Assembly (NCBI RefSeq): GCF_009834535.1 | Contig: NC_045697.1 | Span: 81,346,001 to 81,410,000 of the forward strand | Source: Camelus ferus | Taxonomy: Eukaryota | Length of the DNA: 64,000 bases | Direction: 5' to 3' | Part shown: in pieces, positions 26,264 through 40,113 of the stretch | Numbering within the stretch: the first letter of the stretch is position 1 | How the letters are laid out: every line of letters begins with the position of its first letter | Notes under the pieces: model-generated | What the model was told of the DNA's origin: nothing | What the model saw: only the letters and a program-made list of their open reading frames with translations | Databases searched by the model: none | Position numbers and translations under genes: made by a program

Positions 26264-26419
26264 ACATGCAACGTACTACTTGTAGGATCTAAAACTTACT
26301 AGGTATGCAAGAAATACCAGATAGATATTAAAAGATTTTATTCCTCTCTGTATGGTTCACTTGAAAGACATTATACATGTATCAATAGTGTACACTTTAA
26401 GACCAACCAAACAATGATA

Positions 26420-26424
<5 letters not shown>

Positions 26425-26468
<44 letters not shown>
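26425..26468. repeat. (TG)22 microsatellite
   Basis: Perfect dinucleotide run. Confidence 0.98.
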
Positions 26469-26472
<4 letters not shown>

Positions 26473-27887
26473 AAATCACTGCAGCTGTAATTCCATATCA
26501 GATCTTAATAGTAAGAACTGGACATTTATTTTTCACATCATGTGTGGAGCTTGGCAGAGGAGGACACCCAATTTCACCACAGCCTCCAAAGGAAGAAGTA
26601 GCTTCTAATAGCTGGCAGGCTTACCCTGCTCCCCACAAAGTATGTGTACGAAAAGGACACACACACACCCCTATATATATAAATGCAGGGTAATATAATA
26701 CAGGAGATATATGTGTATGTGTGTGTGCGCGCACACCTGTGTGTGTATCTTTTCATCTACTTGTATAAGAAGTCTTCAGTATACAATGAGATCAGTTGTG
26801 TCCTCTCAGGTAAAAGCTGCATGAACCCCACCCGTTCCCTTTAATACACTTACACATCGGGGTCTAACAGGAGCTCATGATAATAACAGCAGGACAGCAA
26901 TGATATCCGTTCCTCTATGACTTTACACCCATTTTTCTCTTGCCATGTGGCTCTACTGTGAATAAGCAGGATTTTCTTCATAAATGGACCAGTAGCTACC
27001 AAGTTTAAAAGAAAATTTACAACTTTAAGTCATGCAGTACATTTTAAATATCATAGAACTCAATGTTCTCACGGCCTTCTAGACTGTAATTGTTTTGCTT
27101 TATTTTTGGAATTTCATGAATTATGGAAGAACATTCTAAACTGTATGAAATCAGGCCTAAAATGCATTACACATTAAATTTGTATGTAGTATAATATTTT
27201 GAATGGGTGATTTTGAAGAGAACCTTTTTTAAATAAAGACTGATAATAGAACTATATGCATTTTATTTGTGAAATTCTCTTCTTACCTCCATTTCTCCTG
27301 GTGGAAAATTTTGGGTTGGAATTACTCAAGCACATGAAACTGTATCCACTAGTGAATGCAGGTACATATTCTGGATCCAAACATATAAATTCTGGTATCA
27401 GAAGCTATGCAAGTTGTATACCCTTGAATTCCAAGCTGTGTTCATTGTGTCCGATGATGTCTAAAGCACCAAACTCTGGGTATATAGGTGTCTCAAGTTA
27501 CACACAGGGATCTCTTAAACCACATATTACACAGTAGTGACTGAAGCCTTGAACACTGTGTAGTGTAAAAAGGTAGACTCTATTCTGGTCCCTGAAGCCA
27601 CACACTGGAAATGTGTAATCTGAATCATGCACCTGAACCATGCATTGTCCTCTGAGGCTCCACCTTTTGTCTACATGGGCACTGGAAGCATTTACTCCCT
27701 TTATGTGAGTTTCTTTACACAGTGGCGTTTACAGCTGCACAGACAGAGATTTAGATCTTTACCAAACCTTCTTTTCCTTTCACCCAGAGGCACCGTTTTA
27801 AGGGCTTATATTTAGGCATACCTATGTGCAGGCCAACAGCTTGGAATTTATTTTGTTACTGACTTTTAAACCTCTGCAACTTTCTGT

Positions 27888-27958
27888 GACTGATCAGCTT
27901 AGCTGGTTAGCTTCCGATGTTGACATAATCAAGCTTGTGCGGTCAATCTCACTATGAA
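27888..27958 (+). mobile_element. Decayed tRNA-Ile-like head (MamSINE1-like or tRNA pseudogene)
   Basis: Aligns without gaps to tRNA-Ile(AAT) GGCCGGTTAGCTCAGTTGGTTAG...CAAGGTCGCGGGTTCGATCCC at roughly 60% identity by eye. Confidence 0.5.
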
Positions 27959-30900
27959 AATGACCTATATTCCCCTTTTCCTTCCATCTTTCCTTCCTTC
28001 CCCTTGTCATTGCATCTACTTACTACTATAAGGCTCTCTCATTAGTGTATATGAAGGTATGTAAAAGAAATCTGGAAAGAATTCATAAAATAACAGAACT
28101 ACCACTAAATATAAAAGTAAAATCAAATCTCCTATCTCAGCTCAGTTCAGAAAACCTACATGGAAGACTGGGTCTTGTGCTTCTTAATTGGGACACAAAG
28201 ATGAATGGTTGTCAAGTTACCCAGAATTTATAGACAGAGGCAAACCACTATCAAGGTGACCACAATACCAGGTGGACTATCCCATGTACTACAGTGAAGT
28301 TATTAAAAACAACTGCTTAAGATCACTAAGATGAAAACTGTTAAGTATTAGTTAGGACAACGAGTGGAGTATCTCATAGACAGTGTTCCTCATAAGGTAT
28401 CTAAGAATGACTTGGAATGGGTTAGAAGGTTTGCCAGAGATTTTGATCACAAGTCACAGAAATTGCCTCTAATTCAGTATTTACAGATTTAGCAAATCTG
28501 CATGGGATGTGTTCTTTCTTTCTTTCTTCCACTCTTTGTTATCAATATTCCCTAATATAGCCGACTTACAAGGGAGGTAACAGAGAAAACAATGACAGAC
28601 CCCCAGTGACACAAAATGTTAAGCCGTAGTCACTGAACAACTAAAATGAGACTATCAATAGCATTTTTCTTACTAATTCGAATTTCAGTTGCATCTCATA
28701 ACTAACTTTAAAAATAATCATAGCATGAAAGTTATACATTTATATCATCATAGAGTTTTCTGCTCATGCATGTACTCAAATATAAATCACACAGTCTCTA
28801 AGAGACTGACTTAGGCCTACAGTCTTTAACATGAGAACCAGTGAGATACTAGGTGTAGTAGTATATTTCAGGAACTGTAAGGTGCACTAAAGACATCTAT
28901 GTGTGAAATCTGCAAACACTTACTACTTTACAAGAACTGACAGCAAATTTGAAGAAGCTGTATTCACAGTTTCACAAACTGTGTAAGAGCAGTCCTTGGG
29001 GAAATGCTAGGTCTTTGCTGAATAAGTATGATAACTTGAATTTCAATCAGATATCAATTTCCTGCCAAAGAGTTGTCTCTGTTATCTAATATAGTTACTT
29101 TCATGGCAAAACGTATTAGATTTAAAAGGTCAAAATTTTGGATGCCTCTGCTTTTACTTAATAAGTATTAAATGGTCTGTTTTGCATTGAAACATTTTAA
29201 AGGGTACAGAAACATTTTGTTCCTACAGCTATTAGAGTTATTTTCATAACAGAGGTTTATTTCTTCATAAAAGGCGTTTGAACTTTCAAATTACTGCACT
29301 GTTATATTGACCAGCTGACCTATGCAGCAGTGCTCTGGAAATGTTCTCCAAACGGGGGCTGGACAAAACAATCAATTCAAAAGCAGCTCTACTAGAGAGT
29401 TCTGTATTAAGAAATTATTCTTCTGAGTTTATGATTTAACTCTCAACTCATTAACATTATACATTATTCTAAAATAAAATCTACCCTGGCCTTCATCATA
29501 TCCCAGGATTTAGGACCAAGATTAAGCTAACAGAGATTAAGTCACAGAAACAGAGCCACTGTAGATAGAAGAAAGAGAACAGTTATATGAAATGAAAGCC
29601 GGGGTATCTCGAAAGATTTTTATTCATTTGGCAGAATATGAGAGACTCTCACAGAGAGAGGTAATTTGTCCAATTTTATTTTGACAATATAGTGGATTTT
29701 ATTTCATGTCCCCAAATAGACCGATTAGTGCTATGAGGCTGCTTCTTATCTCAGAGCTTTTGTTAAAAAGATAAGCTATAGCCCACATCCTTTTCCTAAC
29801 CATGGAAGGTTTGCCAATGTTGGTTTCATCCAACTAAGGTATTAGAACAATCTTCATTTAATGTCATTTTATCAGGTCAGTGTCTGCCAAAGAGATATAA
29901 TGACTTTTCATTTTTTATCATATCATATAAAAACATATTTGTGTTCAACATTTTTCACCCACCTATTTTCCTCCCTAATAGCTTCGCCTCAGAAGACCCA
30001 TTTCAATACTCCTTCACCTGAACACTACATACTTACGAAGTTCATTCACTGTTTTCTAGAAGGTGACACAGTAATTCTCACTATTGAAGAAATAAAACTT
30101 GGTCTTATAGGAGAAGGGCTGAATTTACAAGCCTAGAGGATGATAATATTTAGTATATTATGCTAATCATTTGATTCCTATGGATGGAAGTGCCAGTGAC
30201 ATCTCATTATTTTATAATTTTTCAAATTCTCTAGGCAAATGGTCTATAGGATCCTAGTGAATAAACGAACTACATAAGTCAAATCAAATAGTATCAGCAA
30301 CATCAGGATTTAAGCCAAGAACACTAATGGATTGTTCTTTTAAAACCTGTTGAAGTAAAAGTCAGCATAAGATCTCTTACTTCATTTCTGAAAGCCCTTT
30401 GTCATCCAGCAAAATGTGATTTTAATATATTTATCTGTGGTTTGCTAAAGTATTAAAATAAAATGAGAACCCATCTCCTTATTGTTGGTCTACAAGGGAA
30501 GTTTCTCCTGTGTGCTTTAACCCATAAGCTTATTAATCATTCTAAGGCTTTTGTCAAAAGGAGAGTGCAGCTTAAATGATGCAATTATGGCCCTGGATAT
30601 CTTGGGTCTATTTTCAGTTCTCCACCTCGCTTGTGCTTAGTGATTTAGGAAGGCGTTTAACTTCACTGGGGTAGAATTTCGTGTATATATATATTTCTCA
30701 TTTGCTGAGTATTTCAGTGAGAGGAACCCATGTTAGACATGCTCAGCAACGACTCAAGAGAATTCCCAGGGATCAAAGGAATTCCTGGAGATAGCTGGCT
30801 TTAAATGTATTACGTACCAGCAGCACAGAATGCACTCCAGGATGACTTCTGCTCCTTTTTCTTTTATTTCTTTGTACTTCCACTTATTTCTTGATTAATT

Positions 30901-31699
30901 TATTCACATTATATATGTGATTGCCATGATGTTTGTCTGATATGCTGACTGGTAAACTGGTGCCAGTACTTTGTAAAATGTTAACTATATGTATATACCT
31001 ATAAACAAAAGTTTGATAACTATGATGCTCTAAGATCTTAAGTGGCCACTGTAGAAACCAAGGTAAGATAGGTTAAATATTACTTCTAAAAGTATTTAGA
31101 GAGGGTTTTCCAATTTAACAGCAAATCTTTAAGAAGAAGCAGCAGCAAAATTTACTTGATTGTCTTTATTTTACTTGAAGAGTATATGGGACCACTGCCC
31201 AGTTGAATATCTTATAAAAATACTAGACAGAATGTCCCTTAGAGCACTGTGACTGCATAGTAGTTCTTAGAATATAAATTGTATTAAATATTTCATAACA
31301 GCACCTAATATAACATATATTTCACTTTTTAATAAGACAATTTTATTTCTCTTCCATTAGAATGAAAACTACATAAGGTCATGGATTTTGTATTGTTTTT
31401 TATATTACCACATCTCCAGTGCCTCAGAGGATCTGGCAAAAATCTCACCTGATAAATATTTGTTGAGTGAATGTACATTAAAAAAAAAATTCTGAGATGC
31501 CAGTTTAGTTTCCTAACACTTGGGTAGAACATAGAAACAGACAAGGTACAATTAAGGGTTATAATTTTTGTTTATATAGATTAAAACAATTATATATCTA
31601 TACTTTATAAACAAACTTAATAATTTAGAATAAAATATGCTTAGATTCCATATTTAGAAAAGCTAAATAAATACAGTTCTCTGTAACTCTGCCTTTATT

Positions 31700-32150
31700 T
31701 TCATATAGGCCAACTTTTTTTGCACTTAATTACTCTTTTGGATATACTTATCAGCTTTCTCAGATTCACTTTGTTTTAAATAAATTAAACAAGTAATATT
31801 ATTTCTAAATGCTTAAATTGTACAAATTTGGCTACTAGAAGCCCCTTTAATTTGACTTCTTATCCTTTCACTCATTCCTCTAACATTTTTGGCAGCAGGA
31901 TATTCTCAACCCTTCCTTCCTCATTTTCTTAGTCCCAAGGCATGGAATTGGGGACCTTCAAAGCAGTCTTGATTTCTTTCAGTAGAGAATATAAGCAGGG
32001 GACTGGCTCCCTGGTGAGTTGGTGGTGGGTAAGTGTTTTGCCAGGATATTGCTACTGTGGCAATTTTATGAGTGAAAGAACTTGAAAAATATTTCCTTTC
32101 TGGTTATAAGCTGACATTGATCTTACAAATTTAACATATTGTGTTGCTTA
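31700..32150 (-). mobile_element. Old L1 (L1MC/L1ME-like) fragment
   Basis: GAAGCCCCTTTAATTTGACTTC...CCCAAGGCATGGAATTGGGGACCTTC...TTCAGTAGAGAAT resembles old L1 3'-region sequence. Confidence 0.45.
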
Positions 32151-32619
32151 CCCTACTTTTTAATAGTGTGTGGTTTCAGTTGATCAACACAGTTTTCTCT
32201 ATATTGACATTTGGCACACCAGATGTCAGGCTGAGTTAGCAACAAAGACAACCTAGGGCACAGGAGGTAATATAGGAGCCAGAAACCATGACTAGACTAC
32301 TGGAATGTAAATGCGATTTAAGGTTTTCCTTTACAAACCTTTGTTAAATACCGGCTCCTGCTTCCTGACTCTGACACCCATTAACGCTTTCACTTGCTTA
32401 ATTTTTTTCTATAGCAGATACAAAGTATTTTCATATTTGTTACCTATTTACTTCACTGGAATCTAAGCTCTGTGAAGAGATTATATTCAATTTTGTTTGC
32501 CATTATGTTCTCATTGCCTAAAAGAGTGTTTGGCATATAATATTCCCTTAATAATTATTTGTTAAATAAATGAACTAATTTTTCTCCTTATAGAATCCGT
32601 AGGCTGGATGACATCATCA

Positions 32620-33400
32620 AAAGAAAATGTTTAAAGAGAAAGAGTGGAAAGTGAAGAATGTAGTTAAATCATACTGTGTTTCAGGACAAAGTGAAGAATA
32701 ATCCAAAATGGTGGCTGAGAAAGAGTCTCGGGGGGAAAAAAAAAAGAAAGAAAACAAAACAAAAAACAGAAGAGACAGAGGCCAAAGAAAAAAGGAACCT
32801 AAATTGGGTTTTATGGTCAATAGCATCAAATGTACATAGTGGTTAAGAAAAGAAAAAGTTCCCATTATATTGGACACTGTGCAGTGCTGTTTCGGACCTG
32901 GCAAGAGCTGTTCCAATGCAGTAGTGAGAGTGACGCCAAGTACTGGATTCCGGAGGAGCAAATGGCCATAAAGTGAACGTACATTTAGCATTTCCTCAAA
33001 ATATTTGGTATAAAGGAGAGGATGGAAATGTGGAAACTCTGAACAGTTTTTCTGCTTTTCTTTATAAAGTGATTTGAATATGCTTTATATTATGGGAGTA
33101 AAGATTAAGTAAGGATTTGAAGATAAGAAGAGAAGATGATTGATGGCTCAAGATCCCTGAAGGAATAAGTGGGTATGAAATCCAAAGCATAAAAGAATGA
33201 TCACCACTGACAAGGATAGCAGAGAGCACAGCGTAAACTGGTAGGATACGAAGAACAGCTGGGGAGGATTTCCAAGTGACAGAATTGACTCATTAATGTC
33301 CAGGGAAGTTGGAGGCAAGGTCTCCTACCAAGAATGTGGGAGAAATGAGAGAAGGATATATCTGAAGAGAGACCCAGTGATGAGAAGGCATAGATTTTGG
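32620..33400 (-). mobile_element. L2 fragment
   Basis: Purine-rich degraded sequence with L2-type motifs (GGTCAATAGCATCAAATG, GCAGTAGTGAGAGTGACGCCAAG). Confidence 0.5.
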
Positions 33401-35789
33401 AGACGAGACAAAAGAATTGACATAAGTGACAGTTAACAGTTCTGAAGCATTTAAATGACATAACAAATCATGTCACTTATTTTATTTGCTCCTCTTTGCT
33501 TTGACTCAAACTACTGCCAGATATAGAGGCCCGGAACTAGTTTTCTAACTTTTTAAAGATCACTTAAACTTGTTTCCTGCTGGAAGAATATTGGGGCACT
33601 TCCATTCATACATATAATAAAATACTTATCAAAGTCTTTTCTATATTTTCCTTTGATTACTGTGGCCCGCATTTTCATGTGAAATTTCACATGAGAAATC
33701 ATTTTGCTGGAAACGTCTTTTTGTATCATAAATCTTTCTCTAATTGCTCATTTCTTTTACCTGAAGACTTTATTCAACTTTGTATTTAATATTGTGGGTT
33801 TTCTTATTTACTAGTTCCTATTTTAGTCATAAAATGCTACCGTGAGACAAGTACTTCCACGGATTCTCTCGTTGTATGAGATTTTTCTCTGTCACTTGTA
33901 GGTCTTTTCCTACTGTCTTCTTTCTTCTGGTCTCCTCACCCACTTCCACTTTGTTCCCAGGCTTCATCTCTTTTTTGTATCACTGCCTCCAACAATAAGA
34001 ATGTACAGTTGGAGCGATGCATATGTGTGCTGAGATTAGGGACAGTATTTCTCACCAGATACGGCATAATCATAGCAGGGGTGTGTGAGCAGAATTACAG
34101 TAAAAGTACAGGACAATTGGTTTAAGTTCTGCAACTGTATTTTTGCCCTCAGCCAATGGGTTGCATTAAATACATATTGTACTTCCAGTTTATGATTTTG
34201 GAAACATTTTAGTATTTACATTAAATAAAATTGTAGTCTAACCAAAAGAAATAGAATAAAAGTTCTACCAGAAGTTTCGATATTGTTATGTCTCCTCAGT
34301 CTAGACTAAAATTAAAACATAATGATGATTGCTGGAAAACAGCAACATTCATAGAAAGTTATTCCATGCATATTTCTACATAGTATTTTGACTTCTATCC
34401 TGGTAAATTAATTTTCTTGGGATTTCTTTGGTTCTCAGTAAATAGCAGAATATTCCACTAAGGTAGAAAGTTATTATAAGTATTTATAATGAAGGGAATT
34501 GAGACATTATTAATCAAAGACAATCAATCAAGCACAGTTGATTGTGTTTAATTAGACCCAAGAATAGAGAGAAATAAATATTAATGTCATCCTCTAAGCT
34601 CTTATAGTGGAACAAAAATGTCTAAGAAAGCAACATTCATTATTTAGGTCTCTAACACTAATGATACTTCTTCCTTATAATTGATTTCATTCTTATAATA
34701 TTAAAAAATATTGCATTCTATACCTGTAGGAGTATTTAAGTGAAAAAAAATACAATAATGAATAAGTCTCATTTCTTCTTCATTTACATCAAATTTCCTG
34801 AAATGTTTGGGTCTTCATAGGTAGAAGAAGAGCTCTGGGATCATTTTCCCTTAAATCTTCTACCTTTTTATTCAGTAGCTTTTATCCTTGTTCTGATTTA
34901 ATGTACTTTTCCTGCTTTTGTATTTCATTTGAACAATATATTACTTCTCCATTTAATATCCAAAGCACTAGAAATTACTTAAATCTTTGTACCTGAGAGC
35001 TTTACTCCTGAGACTTCCTATGTCTTCTTTACTAATCCAAGCATCTATATTATGATTAGTACCATTTATTACCAAAAGTGGGTACAACTTCCCAAATCAG
35101 AGTGTGTACTGTACAAGGCAAAATCAAGCTACCTAACCTTTCACAAATAAGGAGGGGTGTGAAATATCGGTGACACACTGGACAGAAGGAACAGTGAGAC
35201 CAGCAGGCCATTTAACCTACATCATCTCCACAGTGCCTTTAAAAAATGATTATGCCTTTATGTACTTTCTTGCTTTTACTATGCCATAATGTCTTACGTT
35301 TCAAATCATTAATTAAAACATTTTAACAGCAGGGAACTGGCTGATTTAGAATAAGTAATTTAAATCTGGAAAGGGTTTCTTCTAAAATATATCAAGGCTA
35401 ACTTAGAAGTTCTTCTCTTTTGCTTATACTGCCTGAGGATTGAGTGCATGGTGGAGACAGTGTTATAAAAGTTCTAATTCAACAAGATCACCAAGGAGGA
35501 TTTTATAATTTTATGAAAATTGTAGAGTATGTCACCAAAGTACTCGCTGGAGAAAAGAATTTTCATGTTCAAAATATCTTGTCTGTATTTTTTAAAAAAA
35601 AATCATGAGGCACATTAGTTTCAAATTTATAATAGAATATATTAATTTTCCACAGTAAGACATCAATTTTTCTTAATTTCAAGAAGTATGAAAGTATACA
35701 GAAAGAAAAACTAATCTATATCAAGTAAAGAGGTAAAATTTGCTTTGTTACTTTTTGAAATAATAAAAAAAAATCAGAGTAACAGAGAA

Positions 35790-37215
35790 TGTCCAAAATC
35801 ACAATTTTACAGAAATAAATGTCATTTATGAGCTCACATTTTAGTGGTGTGAAATAGAAAATAACAAAATATATAAGTAAAATAAATAATGTATGATAAT
35901 GGTGATCAATGTTATAAAGACAAATTAAATAAGGAAAGGAGCCAATTGCCATTATAAATGGGGTAGCAAAGAGAAGTTTCACTCAGTCAAATGGCATTTG
36001 AGTAAAGACCTGAAGGCGTGAGTGTGAAGCCATGTAGGTATGCAGGGCAGGAGAAGTCCAGCGAGAGCAAGAGTGGTTCAGAAACACACCTGGTGTGAGA
36101 CCAGCAGAGCAGGGATGTAAGTTTGGCTGAAGTACCTCTCAGCGGGTTATTAAGTTAGAAAGGTGCTGGTGGTGGTGCTGGTGGGAGTGGGAATCTTGTA
36201 TTTGCTTACACGCTTCTCTCACGTCTTTGATGTTTACTCTGAGTGACATAGAGGACTACAAAAGGGTTCCATGTTTTATGAATTACATTTTAACAGGATT
36301 ATCTTACTGCTATGTAGAAGAACAGCTTGAAACTGTGGTCAGGGAAGAGACAGGAAGACTAGTTTCAAGGAAATGAGAGAAATATTGGTGACTTGGCCAG
36401 AGAAGCAGCAGTGGAGGCAGTAAAGAGTGGTAGGATTCTGCCTATATTTTGAAGAAAACACTAACAGGTTTTCTGGAAATTGGAAATAAGGTGGAAAGAG
36501 ATTGGAAGAGCTCTTAAGCTTTTGCTTGAGTAATGGAAAGGAGGAAGCTGTCATTAATGAAATGGCAAGTTTATGGGAAGAGACAATTTGAGTGGTAGTG
36601 ATGGGGAGGGATGGTTAGTATTGAAAGTTCAGCTTTAGGGATTCTCAGTTTAAAATACTTGTAAGAATCAAAGCTGAAACACTAGTTAGGTGACTATGAA
36701 TCTAAATTTCAGTAGAGAACTGTAGAGATATAAATATGGGAGTCATTACCATAAAATGGTATTTAAAATGATAAAATTGGATGATAACACTAAATGTTTG
36801 AATGAAGATGAAAAAGAGAAGTCATTAAAGGTCTATAAAAGGTCATAATGCGGAGGTATTCTGATATTGGAGATGAGGTAGAACCACTAAAAGAGAAGGA
36901 GAAAGAGCAGCCAGGTAAGGGGAGAAAGAAAATCAGGAAAATATAGATTTTGAGGAGAGTGAAGATAATGTTTCAAAGATAAAGGAGTGTCAAAATGTTG
37001 CTAATAACTCAAAGAGGAGGGGACTGAGCAAAGGCAGTTGGATTGGGCAGAGTGGAAGTAATTAACTACCCTTTCAGGGAGTGGGAGAGTGAAAATCATA
37101 TCTGAATGAGTTCAAGAAGATATGTTGGAACTAGCAGACTGAGGCAGTTGAGAAGGTTGGTTGAAAGGAAGGAGAGGTGTGGGATGGAAAATAGAGGGAG
37201 AAGTGAGATTGAAGT
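35790..37215 (-). mobile_element. Long L2 (L2a-like) fragment
   Basis: GGCATTTGAGTAAAGACCTGAAGG, GGATTCTGCCTATATTTTGAAG and ATATAAATATGGGAGTCATT occur in L2 consensus order. Confidence 0.85.
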
Positions 37216-38439
37216 AAAGATGACTTCCATCACTGTGAATCTTAGCATTTCTTTCCAGTGAATCAGAATTCCCAATCAGAGTATCTATATATCTGAATTT
37301 AAATCAGCATCTGCAAACCATTATTTGATTGATTTCTACTTTATTAATAAGAAACTCAAATTTTTAATAGCTTTGACAATTTCCAAGTACATATATATTT
37401 TTTTCAGTATTTTTTTTTCTTGAATATGTGATTTTAAACTGGACCAGTAACTGAGGACTAACTAACTTTGAGATGGAAGCACAGATCAGGTACAATTTCT
37501 CTCAGGTATTTTACAGAAGATACTGTATCAAACATACTACACATATCCATAGAAAATACTTCACTAGATTGACTAAAGAAATGTTTTGCATTTCTTTGCA
37601 ATCACCTTTACAAGCAAACCATCTTCAGTATTTTATACTTGCTATAAATATAGTGAAGGAAAATATGCAAAGGAAAGAAATTATGAGACAGGTTTCTTTA
37701 AATCAAGGGACAAATTTTGACTAACCTAGTTTTCATCTGTATCATATGTTACACTTTCATAGAGCTTTGTTCAGTCATGTAAAGAAGAGGTGATAGTCAA
37801 ATAAAAACTATATTCATTTTCACTTCATAAACATTCCTTGGTCTTGCCAAGAAGACTATTATTGTGAATCAGAATAAATATAAACAAAACCACACATCTT
37901 CATAAATGTAAGTTTTATCATACAAATAAAGAATTGAGAATAACTGCTGTTATTCTAGAGAAGCCAAATTGAAAAATGTAAGATTTCAGAGAAAGCATGC
38001 TTCTGATGGCAGAGGAAGTCACATTCAGCTCTATATTTAGTTTTGCTTCAAGTTACAAGACAAGCTTGAATAAAGTTCAGATAAAATGTTATTATTTAAA
38101 GTTGTTTACATACTTATCCCTACATACACTATATTTTTAACACTTTTAAGTAGTGTGAAAACACAGTCCCCTGCTGCCTTGCTTTGACAGCTTAAATAGC
38201 CTTCAAGTAATACATGATCTTTAGGAAATATCATCATGGTGAGTTTAACTAATGTACTCATTTCTGAACACATGTCTAAATGTGGTGCTATATTTCCCCC
38301 AAAATATTTGGAGCAGTTGACATACTGTTAGAGTAGTTATGAATGAATCTAGGTCTTATGAAGAATAATGTGAATTCTTTCTTTAAAATATACACAATTA
38401 TTAAATTCAATGAATAATATTACCTTAATAATACTACCT

Positions 38440-38690
38440 TACATTTCAATTCAATTCAATTCAATTTGACTTAGAAAACATTCTACTAATCTCTTTTAAC
38501 TTACAAAGACAGTTTTGAATGTTAACAGAAGAAAGGAGAGATGACAAAGATGCTCAGCATCTATGGAGTGACACCTTATTTACTAACCACAAACAAGATC
38601 TGCATTAAAATCAGAGCATGGACGTTTTACTCAGTCTGAGAAAGGTTTCAGAGAGGAGACATTTGAGCTGCATCTTAACACTGTAAAATA
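38440..38690 (-). mobile_element. L2 3' fragment with (TTCAA)n tail
   Basis: A TTCAA tandem run followed by reverse L2-like sequence to GGAGACATTTGAGCTG. Confidence 0.55.
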
Positions 38691-39638
38691 AAAGAACTGG
38701 TTTGATATGCATGATCTCACTTGATACCCCTGTTTCCTCCTCAACCCAATGCTAATTGGGCTTTCTTCTCAACTTTTTCATTGAAAACACTCTTGGTTAA
38801 GGTCATGAGGAATGAATTGCCAAAAATTTTAATAGTGAATCATGAGCTCTCAACAGTATGCAAAACAAGTTGGCCATCTTTCCTTTTTAAAAGTCTCTCT
38901 TTAATTCACTAATATTTTATTTATAGGTTTGATTCTCTGTTCCAGAGTAGAATAGGCTATTAATAGCCCTTCCATACCCTCTTCTTCTGATTTAGGTGTT
39001 AAATTTACACCAGGCTTATATACTGTATTAGGTAATGTTCCCTTTTTTTTTTTTCATTCCTTTTTATTTTGTGAAGTTTACATACTATAAGAATTCTCAG
39101 ATATATTTATTGATCATATATTTTTTAAAACTTGTCTGTCAAACACATTCTTCTGTAAGAAAATTAAAAAAAATGCTGAACACATTTCTTCAATGGCTAT
39201 AGGGGTATTTATGCTTTATATTTCATCTTGAGAAAGATAAAATATATTTTTGTAGGAATTTTTTCGTATGTCTAATTTCAAGCTTATTAACGTTGCTATC
39301 TTTATTTTTGTTCATCTCTCAGGGCCTTTTTTCCCACTTTTCCATCGGTCATGATTCTTATTTCCTTAGATCTTATAATTTAGGACTCAACTCAAAAGCA
39401 ATCTCAAAAAAGACTTCCCTGACCCCACTATATGATTTCCTTACAGACAATGAGTGTTCTTCAATGTCATTAAGCTGAACACTTCCTGAAATTCTCTGCT
39501 TTGCTTAATGCATGAGAGCAAGGGACCTTCATGAAAGCAGGGTCCTGGCCTGACTATTATTGCACTGGGAATCCCTAGACAAGTGTCTAGCTACAGTACT
39601 CCATAACAGTTTTTGAATAAATGAATGGTGATTGTTAC

Positions 39639-40113
39639 TGTTGGAAGGCAAGTTTTCATAGTTCTCTCACATTTCTGAATATCTTGCAGCAATACATTGG
39701 CCGTCATTTTGTTCTGGGTATCTTTTCAAGGCTGTCTGTATAGTGAATAACCTTTGAAGATAGAGTGTTTTCTTTTGGAGCAAAGGTGATACATGCTTAT
39801 TGTCTAGTATAATAAAAGTAATTCTCTCTCCAGAGTATAGAATAGGCATGCTTATGTTCAGAAATCCTTTCCTAAAACACAGCCCATTATATGTATAGAC
39901 ATCCATCTGGGCCCATATGCTTTGTCTTTGTGGGGTTGGGGGGCAAAGGAAACTAATACGAATATGCTGATGCTAATGCCACCTGCAATGCTGTATGTAA
40001 TACAGTCCTTTGTTTCTGACCAAGGAGTCTTATGTGTTCTCCAAGCATTCATGAAACCTTTGCAAGCTAACTTGTTTACAGGATAAAATCTCAAATCTTC
40101 ATATTTCTTGACA
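39639..40113 (+). mobile_element. ERVL-class solo LTR (MER54/MER73/MER74/LTR47 group)
   Basis: TGTTGGA...TTCTTGACA ends, with internal TATCTTTTCAAGG, GAAGATAGAG, GTCCTTTGTTTCTGACCAAGGAGTCT and GCTAACTTGTT. Exact family uncertain. Confidence 0.75.
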
